20,000 nt of DNA, from positions 184,818 to 204,817 of the forward strand of contig JAPEUI010000018.1 of NCBI GenBank assembly GCA_026025075.1. The letters run 5' to 3'. The position numbers and the translations under genes were made by a program. This document shows positions 9,974 to 19,518 of this stretch, in pieces. The notes under the pieces were generated by a model that saw nothing but the letters and a program-made list of their open reading frames with translations, did not search any database and had not been told where the DNA came from. Every line of letters starts with the position of its first letter. The stretch's first letter is position 1. The stretch comes from Vezdaea acicularis. Lineage: Eukaryota.

Positions 9974-11037
9974 TCAGCGACTTTTCCCGTCGCAACCCAA
10001 ACCTGACACCCACAAGTCCAAGATTCTAAGGGCAATTTGGCCTATACCTTGAAACTCTTTCCTTGAAACTCTTTCCAGAACCCAATGAACATTATGCCAT
10101 GCAGAGTTAACGCTACAATTAAGCAGATGGATGGTGTTAGCCAATTGAATTCCTTCGATAGATGGCAATCTTTTCGCTTCTTTTGAAATCGCACGAAGAA
10201 TTATGACATAGAACTGTACAGACGTAGCGGCTCTGCCGGCGGCCCCCTTGGTCGTGATACGTTGAACAGGAGCGATGGCCGCTGCCAGTGGTCACTCAGC
10301 ACGACCGTGACCGGATCTTCGTCCTTGACCCTTATTGTCAACCTTTCCACGCCCGTCCGCATTCCTAAAGCATCCCAAAGCTCGCGGAACCCGACAGGCC
10401 GGGCCGTCCTATCTACCGGGGGCATCCAGTTCCTTTTAAAGCAGTGAGGAGGACGCCATTTCACCCAGTCCCAATGTAGTATCCAAGACAGTTGTACATG
10501 TTGTACGGTCAGCGCCTGCGCTGGAGGTAAACCATCAAGGAATGCAACAAAGGTTGCGTCATTATGAAATTCGAAGAGATTGTTGCTATAGAACAGATCG
10601 ATAGCTTCGATGTACACTTGCTTGCATGTGCGCAGAAAGGCAAAGTCCGCGCGCTTTGGTGACGACTTTGGAATCGGAAGCATCCTCTGCCACCATTTAG
10701 CGTCTCGCATCAACGGTATCCATCCAGGCTGGGGTGTATCCCATATACTGCCAACCATATGACAGACGCCTAGCTCCTCGGGGTGCCGCGCATCTCGAAT
10801 TGTCTTCTTCGGAGCCCAACACAGATGAAAGGTGTTGTCGCAGAGTACGTACTCATAGATGATGTTACGGATTTCTGGAGGAAGTCTGCCTAGCAGAGGT
10901 GAGTTCGATTGTGTGGAGGTGTCAAAAGAGAGGTCTCGAATTAGAGTCGGCGACTTTTGCGGAGGTGGTGGGGAGGTAGGAGGCTTTGGTTGTTTCTTGT
11001 GCAAGACCCCCTTCAACGCTGTGCGTACTCGAGGCAT
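9974..11037 (-). CDS. Fungal F-box-like / DUF7730-type hypothetical protein (~338 aa if spliced; ends at 10201 if unspliced)
   Basis: ATG at 11037 (MPRVRTALKG...) lies in ORF 10201..11196. SPLLGRLPPEIRNIIYEYVL is F-box-like, and FLRTCKQVYIEAIDLFYSNNLFEF is typical of this ascomycete family. A possible phase-0 intron 10260-10214 (GTATCA...TACAG, 47 nt) joins in frame to FYVIILRAISKEAKRLPSIEG..., ending TGA at 9974. That donor and branch site are weak, so the 3' end is uncertain. Confidence 0.7.
10047..10074. repeat. Perfect 14-bp tandem duplication (CCTTGAAACTCTTT x2)
   Basis: Read directly at 10047-10060 and 10061-10074. Confidence 0.9.
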
Positions 11038-11413
11038 ACGGTATTGTGTCGAAGGCTTTGGAAATCTCCAGCCTTCCCAAGGACCGCGATATAGAATACA
11101 ACTAGGTGCTAGATGATCGGACTGGACCGTGCCCCTCTTAAAGTATGTAAGGTCGGATGGGATTGCTGGAACAGTAAGAGTGAGTTTAAAAAGCAAAAAG
11201 GACTGAACGCCTTAGGCGCCTTGTGCGATGGCATGGAAAGTGCCACAAGCATCTACCTGTGGTCATGCGGGAACAGCAGGGCTTTGACGGTGATGTCCTT
11301 TGGTGGGGTCAACCTTTAAAGCGAGCCGTGCAAGTCTTGGAATGGTTGTCGGATAGACGAATAGGGTAAAAAGCCCGTATTCAAGGCCATTAAGGTTTCT
11401 CGACCACAAGTTG

Positions 11414-11423
11414 CTATAAATAG
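11414..11423. promoter_or_regulatory. CTATAAATAG: MEF2/Rlm1-type MADS-box consensus CTA(A/T)4TAG overlapping a TATAAATA box, in the divergent intergenic region
   Basis: Exact consensus match. Lies nearly midway between ATG 11037 (-) and ATG 11815 (+). Function is inferred only. Confidence 0.35.
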
Positions 11424-11814
11424 GATGATGACAACCTCAGAGCCTTGAGTACGATCGAGATGTTTCGTACGATTGAAGAATCATCTGCATATTGGTCAAA
11501 GCATAGAGCACGTGTGAGCGGAGCCTTGAACTTAGCGTCATTCCGTGCGGAGAAAGCCGAGGTACCTAGATCGAACGGGACCCTTAATTTGGTCCTGTAC
11601 AGTATATCAGATCAATCCGAACAGCTCTTGGATGTTGAGAAATCATGAATAAATGACTGGATAGAGCGTTGAAATCGCAAGCTCGTATCTTGTGCAGTTA
11701 CCCCTCTCGTACAGGATCCAGATTAGGCAGGTCTCTTGTCGATCTGGGATCCGTTACATTAAACCAACGACGACTTCTCCACATTTCCTGCTTAACATCG
11801 CTCCCAGATACACC

Positions 11815-13649
11815 ATGGCTTCCGCAATTATACCCCCCTTCCAAGAGACTCCGCTTGCCAGCATCAGCGCAACGCATGATCTCTTACGGACCACATTCTA
11901 CACCGGAAAGACCAAATCAATAGACTTCCGAGTCAAACAGCTACGGAAGCTGTATTGGGGGTCGGTCATCCACGAGATATTCTACTCTGAATTCAGGGCT
12001 AATCTAGTCACTGAATAGTATTAAGGACAATGAAGCCGCCATCGTCGAAGCTCTACACCAAGACTTGAGGAAACCCCCTTTCGAAGTCACCGTAGCTGAA
12101 GTTAGCTGGCTCCTGAATGACTGTATCTTTATGGCGGATAACATATCGAAATGGGCAAAAGACGAGAAAGCAGAGAATATTCCTTGGGTCAACGCGCCAT
12201 TAAATGCGAAGATCCGGAAGGAGCCTCTGGGCGTCTGCCTAGTGATAGGGTTCGCAGTTTTATTGGAGCGCCCTATCAGATAGCAAAGCTAACAATCTCC
12301 ACAGGGCCTTCAACTATCCGGTTCAGCTCTCCCTTACTCCCTTCATCGCTGCCATCGCTAGTGGAAACACTGTCGTCTTGAAGCCTAGTGAAGGATCGCC
12401 TGCGTCAGCCGCCGTTATACAGCGTATCGTCGGTGAATACCTGGATCCTACAGCCTATACCGTCGTCCAGGGCGCCATCCCCGAGACAAACGCTCTCCTA
12501 GACTGCAAATGGGACAAGATATTTTTTACGGGAGGTCAAACAGTCGGGACCATCATTGCAAAAAAAGCAGCCGAGACACTGACACCAGTGGCTCTCGAGC
12601 TTGGCGGTCTCAACCCCGCCTACGTTACCAAATATGCCGACCCAAGACTTGCCGCCAAGCGTATCCTGTGGGCCAAGACGATGAACGCAGGTCAGACATG
12701 CCTAGCCATGAATTACGTCTTAGTGGACCGAGAGATTCTTCCAGCATTCGTTCACGAGCTACGCGTTGTTCTTCAAGAGTTTTTTCCCAAAGGTGCGAAA
12801 GCGTCCGAAGATTATGGCCGTATTGTCAACACGCGAAGTTTCCAAAGGATCAAGAAAATGATCGACAATACCCACGGCAAGATCCTGATCGGAGGCACGA
12901 TGGACGAGGGCGAGAAGTTCATCGAGCCGACAGTCGTGCAGGTAGACGACATCAAAGACTCGTTGATCGTCGAGGAGGCCTTCGGGCCGCTCCTCACTCT
13001 CATGGCGGTCGATGGCGTGGACGAGATGATCAGTGTCGCGAACAAAGTAGACCGCACGCCGCTAGGCTCGTACCCGTTTGGCAACAAGACGGATACCACG
13101 AAGAGTACGTGCAATCCAGCTCCATCCTCAATCCTAACCCTAGCCCGACACCACTAACACCACCTCCTCAGTCCTCAACGGCACGACCTCAGGCGGCGCC
13201 TCGATCAACGACGGCCTCTTCCACGGCGCAATCCCCACCCTCGAATTCGGCGGCGTCGGCTCATCAGGACAGGGCTCCTACCGCGGCAAAGCTTCCTTCG
13301 ACTGCTTCACCCATCGCCGCGCCGTCACCACCACCCCATCGTGGATGGAGCGACTCATCGCAGTGCGCTACCCGCCGTTCGCCGGCACCAGCAAGCAGAA
13401 GCAGTTCGAGAGTATGTCGCGCCTGAAAGCGCGGTTCGATCGCGAGGGCCGGCCGACGGGGTTGGCTGGCTGGTTCGGCACCGCGTTGGGCCTGGGTGGG
13501 GACTCGCCGGTGAGTGGAATTGGCAGGTGGTTGGCTGTTGCTGCGTGTGAGTCTGTCTCTTTGGTCGCGGGACGCGATGTGCTAACGTCTCTATAGTCGC
13601 GGTAGCTGCGAGGCAGTACGTTGAGGCGAAGAAGGCAGGGAGGCTGTGA
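11815..13649 (+). CDS. HFD1: Class-3 aldehyde dehydrogenase (fatty-aldehyde dehydrogenase HFD1 / apocarotenoid aldehyde dehydrogenase CarD-YLO-1 family), 534 aa, 5 exons, C-terminal membrane anchor
   Basis: Exons 11815-11960, 12019-12249, 12305-13104, 13172-13546, 13597-13649. Introns of 58/55/67/50 nt, all GT-AG with GCTAAT/GCTAAC/ACTAAC branch sites; joins are in frame (1605 nt). Motifs: EPLGVCLVIGAFNYP, VLKPSE, IFFTGG, LELGG (catalytic Glu), NAGQTC (catalytic Cys), EEAFGP, FGGVGSSGQG. Hydrophobic WLAVAAFAVAA followed by a basic tail. The symbol is a family-level assignment; substrate cannot be told from sequence. Confidence 0.93.
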
Positions 13650-13961
13650 GGGGAAGCGCGTCGTCCGTAGGAGACAGCGAAGGGGTAACCTTTTCCTTTA
13701 GCGGCGGTGTGGCTCAGTGCATGACGGGAAACCTTTTTACAAAACGGTCAGAGTAGCACGGCAGGCAAGCATCGAAAAATGTAATATTGTACGAATGTCA
13801 CTGGGACTTTCAAAAATGGGTACCTGATTACCGAATACGCGTCTCCTGTATGACTGTACTCCTCTCACGTCAAAGAAAGCTGCCGTTATATGCGGCTATG
13901 CTCGTGTAACTTCTGTCCCTTGGATTTAAGTGATATTTATGGGTAGCTGAGTCTTATGTAA

Positions 13962-14487
13962 CTAATGGTCTATACATATATTGTACGATCGAGCTAGACA
14001 AAAGCCAGGGTCTCGAGGCTTACAGGCCGTGCGGGTTTGCCAGTCATGTGTGGTTCGACGTTCGAGGAAGGATATGACCTGCATTTACATATGCAAAATC
14101 AATCGCTCTGGATCACGAGTTGCAGCGTCGATCTCCACCAGAAGCTCACGTAAGCTCCGGAAAGCTCGTCTGTTATGCTGTCGTATTAATAGATCTTTTA
14201 AGAATCAATGCGGCAAAAGCCTTCATATCGCACGTGGCTCCCATGGTTATGGCCTTCGCTTCACTGCGCCGCTGGTGTGCATCCAGCATCGCAGCTCGTG
14301 GGCGTTGCAGGGGCGCTGCAGGAAAGCTTACCAGGTCGGTTCCATTCGGTTGACGCCGCGGTACCGCGCTTTTTCCATACAGGTGGATAGAGGATGCCGG
14401 TTCTTGAAGAGCGGGGAAGTTGAAGGATGACAAGAAACCTTGGTTCAAGGCCACAGATATCGAGACGAGAAAGGTAAAAGAGAGCAT
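13962..14487 (-). CDS. Candidate small multi-exon gene (~112 aa) with hydrophobic N-terminus; speculative
   Basis: ATG 14487 MLSFTFLVSISVALNQG. Candidate introns 14331-14272 (GTAAGC..CAG), 14233-14178 (GTGCGA..CAG) and 14149-14079 (GTGAGC..CAG) keep one frame open to TAG at 13964-13962. Branch sites are weak and no homology was recognised. Confidence 0.2.
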
Positions 14488-17400
14488 GAGCAGAGATGGC
14501 CTATCGAGTTACCAATAGTTGGACAGTTTGAGAAAGTTTCACGGCAATTTCATGAGTCAATCGACTCTCATGAACTGAGGGTAAGGCTGCTCGGTCTACT
14601 GGAAAAGGTACTACACATTTGTCCCCAGAGCAACCATAGATGGTTCATGTCCAGGTTTAGTAAGTGTGCTTCACTGGTGGAAAGCAGGTCCGACCGATAG
14701 TAGTCCCTTCGAAAGAAGTCGGCGCCTACCAGGAAACTTTCACTTCTTAGCCTAGTAGCCGTTCATTGCAATTCCCGGTCTGTGAATCCTTCCCCGCAGT
14801 GCACATTCACCGACCTATTGCCCCTCCACGACCAGCACGCACGGCGAGAGCCATGACCTTAAATCTGCCTAACAAGCACGGATGTTGGCCAACCGCAATT
14901 GGGTGCAGCAATCGATCGAACGTGATGGAAGGTTGAGGCAATTAAGGCATCGACCACGCACGTGGAGGAGTTTGACCTGGCCTGCGTCCCACAGCTCCAG
15001 ATCTGGTTGCTGCCCAGATCTCAGCGATGGGTGCGCATCAGTCATGGCCCAGCCACTGCCCTTGAACGGGAGGCGAACCCGCAATCTCGACAGAAGCGAT
15101 GGGACAGAGCAGCAGCAGGGGAGATAAGATCGCGGGGTCCAAGATCCTGAACGGCCGACCACGCCAATACTGAGGTACAAGCCCATGGTACTAGTTGTCG
15201 GAGGCGAGGGAAGAGTGATGCTGAAATAAGGATCGTGTCGCCAACGAATGCTCGTTATTAGCCATACGATCTACAGGAGGCTTAAGTATTGATCCTTCAT
15301 GCAAGTCTGGTTGCAAGTTTGTTGCAAGTCAAGATGGAGAGAATCAGAGATGAAGGGTCTTAGATGCTCGTTTTGAGCATTCTTAGAGGCCGATCTTCCC
15401 CAGATTTTCGGTAGACCCTCCGCGTTACAGAACAGCAGATGAGATCTCAACGGCCATCCTGAAAGGGCGGGCGTGGCCTCAACGGATCCTACAGGACGAC
15501 GCTGGCGACTCGGCAGCGTTACTAGACTCGTTGCACACAACGAAAATTGCCTCTTCCGGAACATGTGTAGGATCTAGCACCCATCAGGTAAGGATTTTGA
15601 GACGGCTGCAAGTCAAAATAACTCGATTGGGGGAGAGTAGTTCGTTGGTATTCATTCTGCGGGGAGAGCAATGGAAAGGTGATGGAAGGATTGGACGGAG
15701 CGGGCCAGAACGCCATCATTTGAAACAGGCTGGGGTGCATCGACGCTAGCGACCCGATCTCTTCTTAAGAGGTAATTAGGGTTGACACCAACGGGCCACG
15801 AGGAGCGATCCGCTCGCTGGGTGATCCGAGCTGAAGAGTGTGATGATGCATGCATGATGCAGGAGGAGAACGTTGTGAGGATTCGCAGAACGTGGTTGGC
15901 GCTGAAGAAACGTCGAGGTAAACCACGGAAAGCAAAGCGCCTGGCCAGGCTAAGAGGAGACCGCAAGCGAATTGCTATTCAGGTACCCAAAGAGCCTTCA
16001 AGCCAGCACTGACCAGAAGGTGCCTAGTCCTCGACAAGCGTGAATATTCAATTGTTGGTGCTCTCCCTACATTGAGCGACCATCATCTTGCGACGAATGG
16101 AAAAATGCAGGAGATGATAGCTTGAGAATGTCCGAGACAAAATCATTTGCATAGTAGGAGGGCGATGCCCTACCTACGTGACACAAAACTTTCGCACTCA
16201 CAATGAACATTAATGTGACTGTGCGAATATAATTCAGACGAGAAGTAAAAAGAGAAAGATGACAGAAGAACGAGAGATGAACATCATAGTAGAATTAATT
16301 GCTACCAGCACAACATCATCTTGAGATGAAGGTTCTTATTGGAATATGCACTCGAATATCCCAATGAAGCCCGAGGGATCACAAAGTGGAACGAGCTCTT
16401 CGCTGACTATGTGGAAGCTGCCCTCGCAGTGAGCTTTACGAAGTAGGTTCGCGAGAAGGGCCGACAAAGTGGTCATGTTCCCTTGTCCCTCCACGTGTGG
16501 CCAGGTATCGATTTGAATTGTTTGAACGGCGGTTGGCAGGAGAAAGCAAGGGTTGGCAGAGACAGATCCCATCTGAGATGAGACTTATCATCCATTACTT
16601 GCGAGTGGAACGGGTAGAAGGCGTTATTTGTGGATTCCTGGCCCTCTGGCATGCAGGCACAGTCGTGTTACTTAACTTTGGACACGTGTTTGCGTTGCTG
16701 CGATCGCGAGGGCACTTCTTGGCTCGGCCAAGATTGAAGCCTTTCGGGCTTGACGTGACGATGCCGTACAATGGCGTCTTGTCTTGAATTCTGTTACCCC
16801 CAGGAAACCGCTCTCCGACGGCCTCGTGAACAGGATGGACCAGTCGGATGCTGTGCTGAAGCACGCTTTTCCACCGTAGAGCGAGCGGAGGGGCGCTATG
16901 ACACACTGGTGGCTCGAATCCTTAAAGCGGCACCTGGTCTTTATCCCAGACGACGGGCCACCAACGGCGGAAATCCTAAATGCTGGAGCACCGAATCCTA
17001 TGGAAAGGACGGAGAAAAGCTCATCTGCCCGCAAGAGCACGCGAAGATTCCCCTTGCCAGCTCGACCGCTGCTTTAGCCTCTTCCCCGCCAACCCTGTTG
17101 CATCGCATGGCGAATCCGTTCCACAGGGAAAGCCGCGCTCCCCATGGATCACGCTCACCCTGCATGGCACCGAGGCGTCCGTCTCACGAGCCTGACTGCG
17201 ACTGCCAATTTATACGTAACATGGTCCCTTACGCCATGCAGTTAACGGCATCGTGAACATTTTCCGGAGCGCTGGTACCGGAAGAGATTTCAACCGCACA
17301 CGTCAGCCGTCTCCACATTGGCTGGTGGCATTGCCTCTGGGAATCCCGCCATGGTACCTCGAAGGAGCATGACCGGAAACAGACGATCGTGGCGAGCCCA

Positions 17401-17792
17401 TGGCTACCATGGGTCAGACGCTCGGGCTTGTGTGATGGAGGGCCACCTGCTGGGAAAACATCATAATGAGGGTAAGTGTTATAAGAGAACGTGGCCGCAC
17501 CCACCTCCTGCTCCTTCCTGCCCTCATCCTTCCTTCATCTCAGCACGTTAATTGCCCGCACTGATCAACTACCGCAGTTTCACTCGAAGGCTATTACTTG
17601 AGAGAAACCCCCCGCCACGTCCTCCTCCCTTCAAGTCTCCTTCAGCCCCCTTCCACAGACCTCACTCGTCATCAGGAAGTAATATCAACAGTACCTACTG
17701 CTAGTCATAATCGCCTGGCGGAGCTCAGCTCACCCCAAACAACAACAATAAACATCACATAATAGCATCCTTTGCTACTCTCACATACTCCA

Positions 17793-18323
17793 ATGACAGT
17801 CACACCCACAGAACCGCACCCTACCCCCGTCCCCACTCGCTATGCAGGCTGGGGACGTGGCGGCGCAGGGAACATACGTCCCATCTCTCCCTCCCTTGAC
17901 ACAACACCTGCACATCCTCGGCCGCAACCACCGTTAACCCTCCCCAAGACCACGTCCACAAGATACACGACCGGCCGCGGTGGCGCCGGCAACGTCTGCA
18001 GCCGCAGCAGCGAGCGAGCAATCTTCAGCTTCGACGAAGAGCTCGCCCGCGAACAACGGCGCGAGGAGCGGCACGCACCAGTCTACTACGTCGGGCGGGG
18101 CGGCGCCGGCAACTTCGTCGGCCCACAGGCACGAGACCAGCTATGGCCTTGGGAAGAGGAGAGGATGACCTCGACGTCGATGCGTCGGGGCAGCTGGGGA
18201 AGCGACGAGAGCCGCACGACACAGGGAACCAACGCCAGCGATCGCAGCGACCGCAGCGTCACCGGACGTATGAACAGCGTCTGGGCACGCTTCAGCGAGA
18301 AGATGATAAGGCGCGAACCCTAG
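17793..18323 (+). CDS. GRGGAGN-repeat protein (DUF3602 / Par32-like), 176 aa, single exon
   Basis: ATG at 17793 in ORF 17772..18323. Three motifs (GWGRGGAGNI, TTGRGGAGNV, YVGRGGAGNF) plus IFSFDEEL, typical of this fungal family. High GC at third codon positions; A/C-rich leader; TAG at 18321-18323. Confidence 0.9.
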   Translation: MTVTPTEPHPTPVPTRYAGWGRGGAGNIRPISPSLDTTPAHPRPQPPLTLPKTTSTRYTTGRGGAGNVCSRSSERAIFSFDEELAREQRREERHAPVYYVGRGGAGNFVGPQARDQLWPWEEERMTSTSMRRGSWGSDESRTTQGTNASDRSDRSVTGRMNSVWARFSEKMIRREP

Positions 18324-18465
18324 CACCACCAGGCCCTCTTCTAGTAGAGGACGAGAGCGTGGCATCGCGAAGGTAGAGGAACAAGATTGGGGGGATATCG
18401 GAGTTGGAGTCTTACTGGTCGCCGGGCAATCGGGGTCTAGCTACTGCATCCTTCCTTATGTCTAG

Positions 18466-18494
18466 CATCATCGTCATCGTCATCATCATCATCA
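18466..18494. repeat. Imperfect (CAT/CGT)n trinucleotide microsatellite in the probable 3' UTR of the DUF3602 gene
   Basis: CATCATCGTCATCGTCATCATCATCATCA read directly. Confidence 0.8.
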
Positions 18495-19518
18495 CGGCCT
18501 CGCTGTGCCTTTGTTTTTCTTCTTTCTATCCCTTTTTCACATCATATACCCCCTCCTGGCGGGCTCGGGCGTATGCTCTCAGGCTCGATCACGAAACGCC
18601 ATATCTATTCCCCCAAAATATCCTGTATCATACAACTGCCTTTACTGTAATTCCTTCACATTTACATCTACAGCTACATTTACCACACGAATTGCATGTG
18701 CCTGGTTGCATTGATTTTTTTTGCGTGGGGTTTTGCTTGCGCCATCCATTTACTTTTCGCGCAATATTTTTTTAGTTGGGCGTCGTGTCTCGCGAAAGAA
18801 AAGAAACCTTACTTTGGCTAGACATCAATCGACTCATCAGATTGTTCCAACCACTCTTTTTTCTCATTGGCGCTGACTCGCGCTTACCCTCCCCCGGGGG
18901 CATAGGGCCCAAACTCTCCTACGTGATACAGAATACATTGCCCCCCCCCAGTCACATACAGAGCTGGAGCCCAGGACCCGACCGCCCCCTGTTCCCACCC
19001 TTCTCGCACGTTTTGTCACCACCGCATGAACCTCCCTTGCAGTACATACAGCCCCATGCGAGATCCCAAAGTAGCGCAAGCGCGGCCTCGAGGGCACGAT
19101 GGCAAAAAAGGACGAGGAGAGGGAAACCGCAAACGCTCGTACGCGAGATTTAGGTGGTGGAAAATGGCGCAGGCGGCCGTCATGGATCTACCGTAGCGGT
19201 TTGTGGGGAAGAGAAGGGCGCTAGGGCGGGTAGCGAGGGGATGGCGCGATGGAAGGAAGGATGGTGCCGCGAGTCGAAAATGTGGGGAAGGAGGATGGGG
19301 TTCGCTCGGAGGATTTTTGGGCAGAATAAGGCCGAAGACGGAGGACGAGGAGGATGGGGAGGGCGAGCGTGATCGGCGTTTCAGGTTGCACGTGTTTGAG
19401 GCTGTTTGTGAATGGTGATGGAAATCGGAGAAGGAGATCGAGGGGGGTATCTTCGTGCTGTTGCGGATGGAGATGTCTTGTAGGGGCATTGTAGATCGAT
19501 GGGTCTTTGTGGCGAGTA

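Noticed and set aside
11038..11196. TTG-initiated N-terminal extension of the F-box-like ORF
   Set aside because: Non-ATG start from a prokaryote-style ORF caller; the first in-frame ATG is 11037.
13130..13160. Telomere-like CCTAACCCTAGCCC in ALDH intron 3
   Set aside because: Only about two degenerate units, in a C-rich intron next to the branch site.
12509..13426. 305-aa overlapping + strand ORF within the ALDH
   Set aside because: Arg/Pro-rich off-frame product of GC-rich third codon positions; the ALDH motifs are in the other frames.
7116..13649. Kinase + F-box-like + ALDH as a functional or secondary-metabolite cluster (e.g. carotenoid)
   Set aside because: No backbone enzyme, transporter, pathway regulator or other car genes in the window; adjacency in fungi does not imply shared function.
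13700..13770. tRNA-like start GGCGGTGTGGCTCAGTG
   Set aside because: Resembles an A-box, but no GGTTCRA T-loop or closing acceptor stem follows.
18404..18775. Hydrophobic ORFs downstream of the DUF3602 gene
   Set aside because: Produced by the (CAT)n microsatellite and T-rich 3' UTR sequence; no coding bias.
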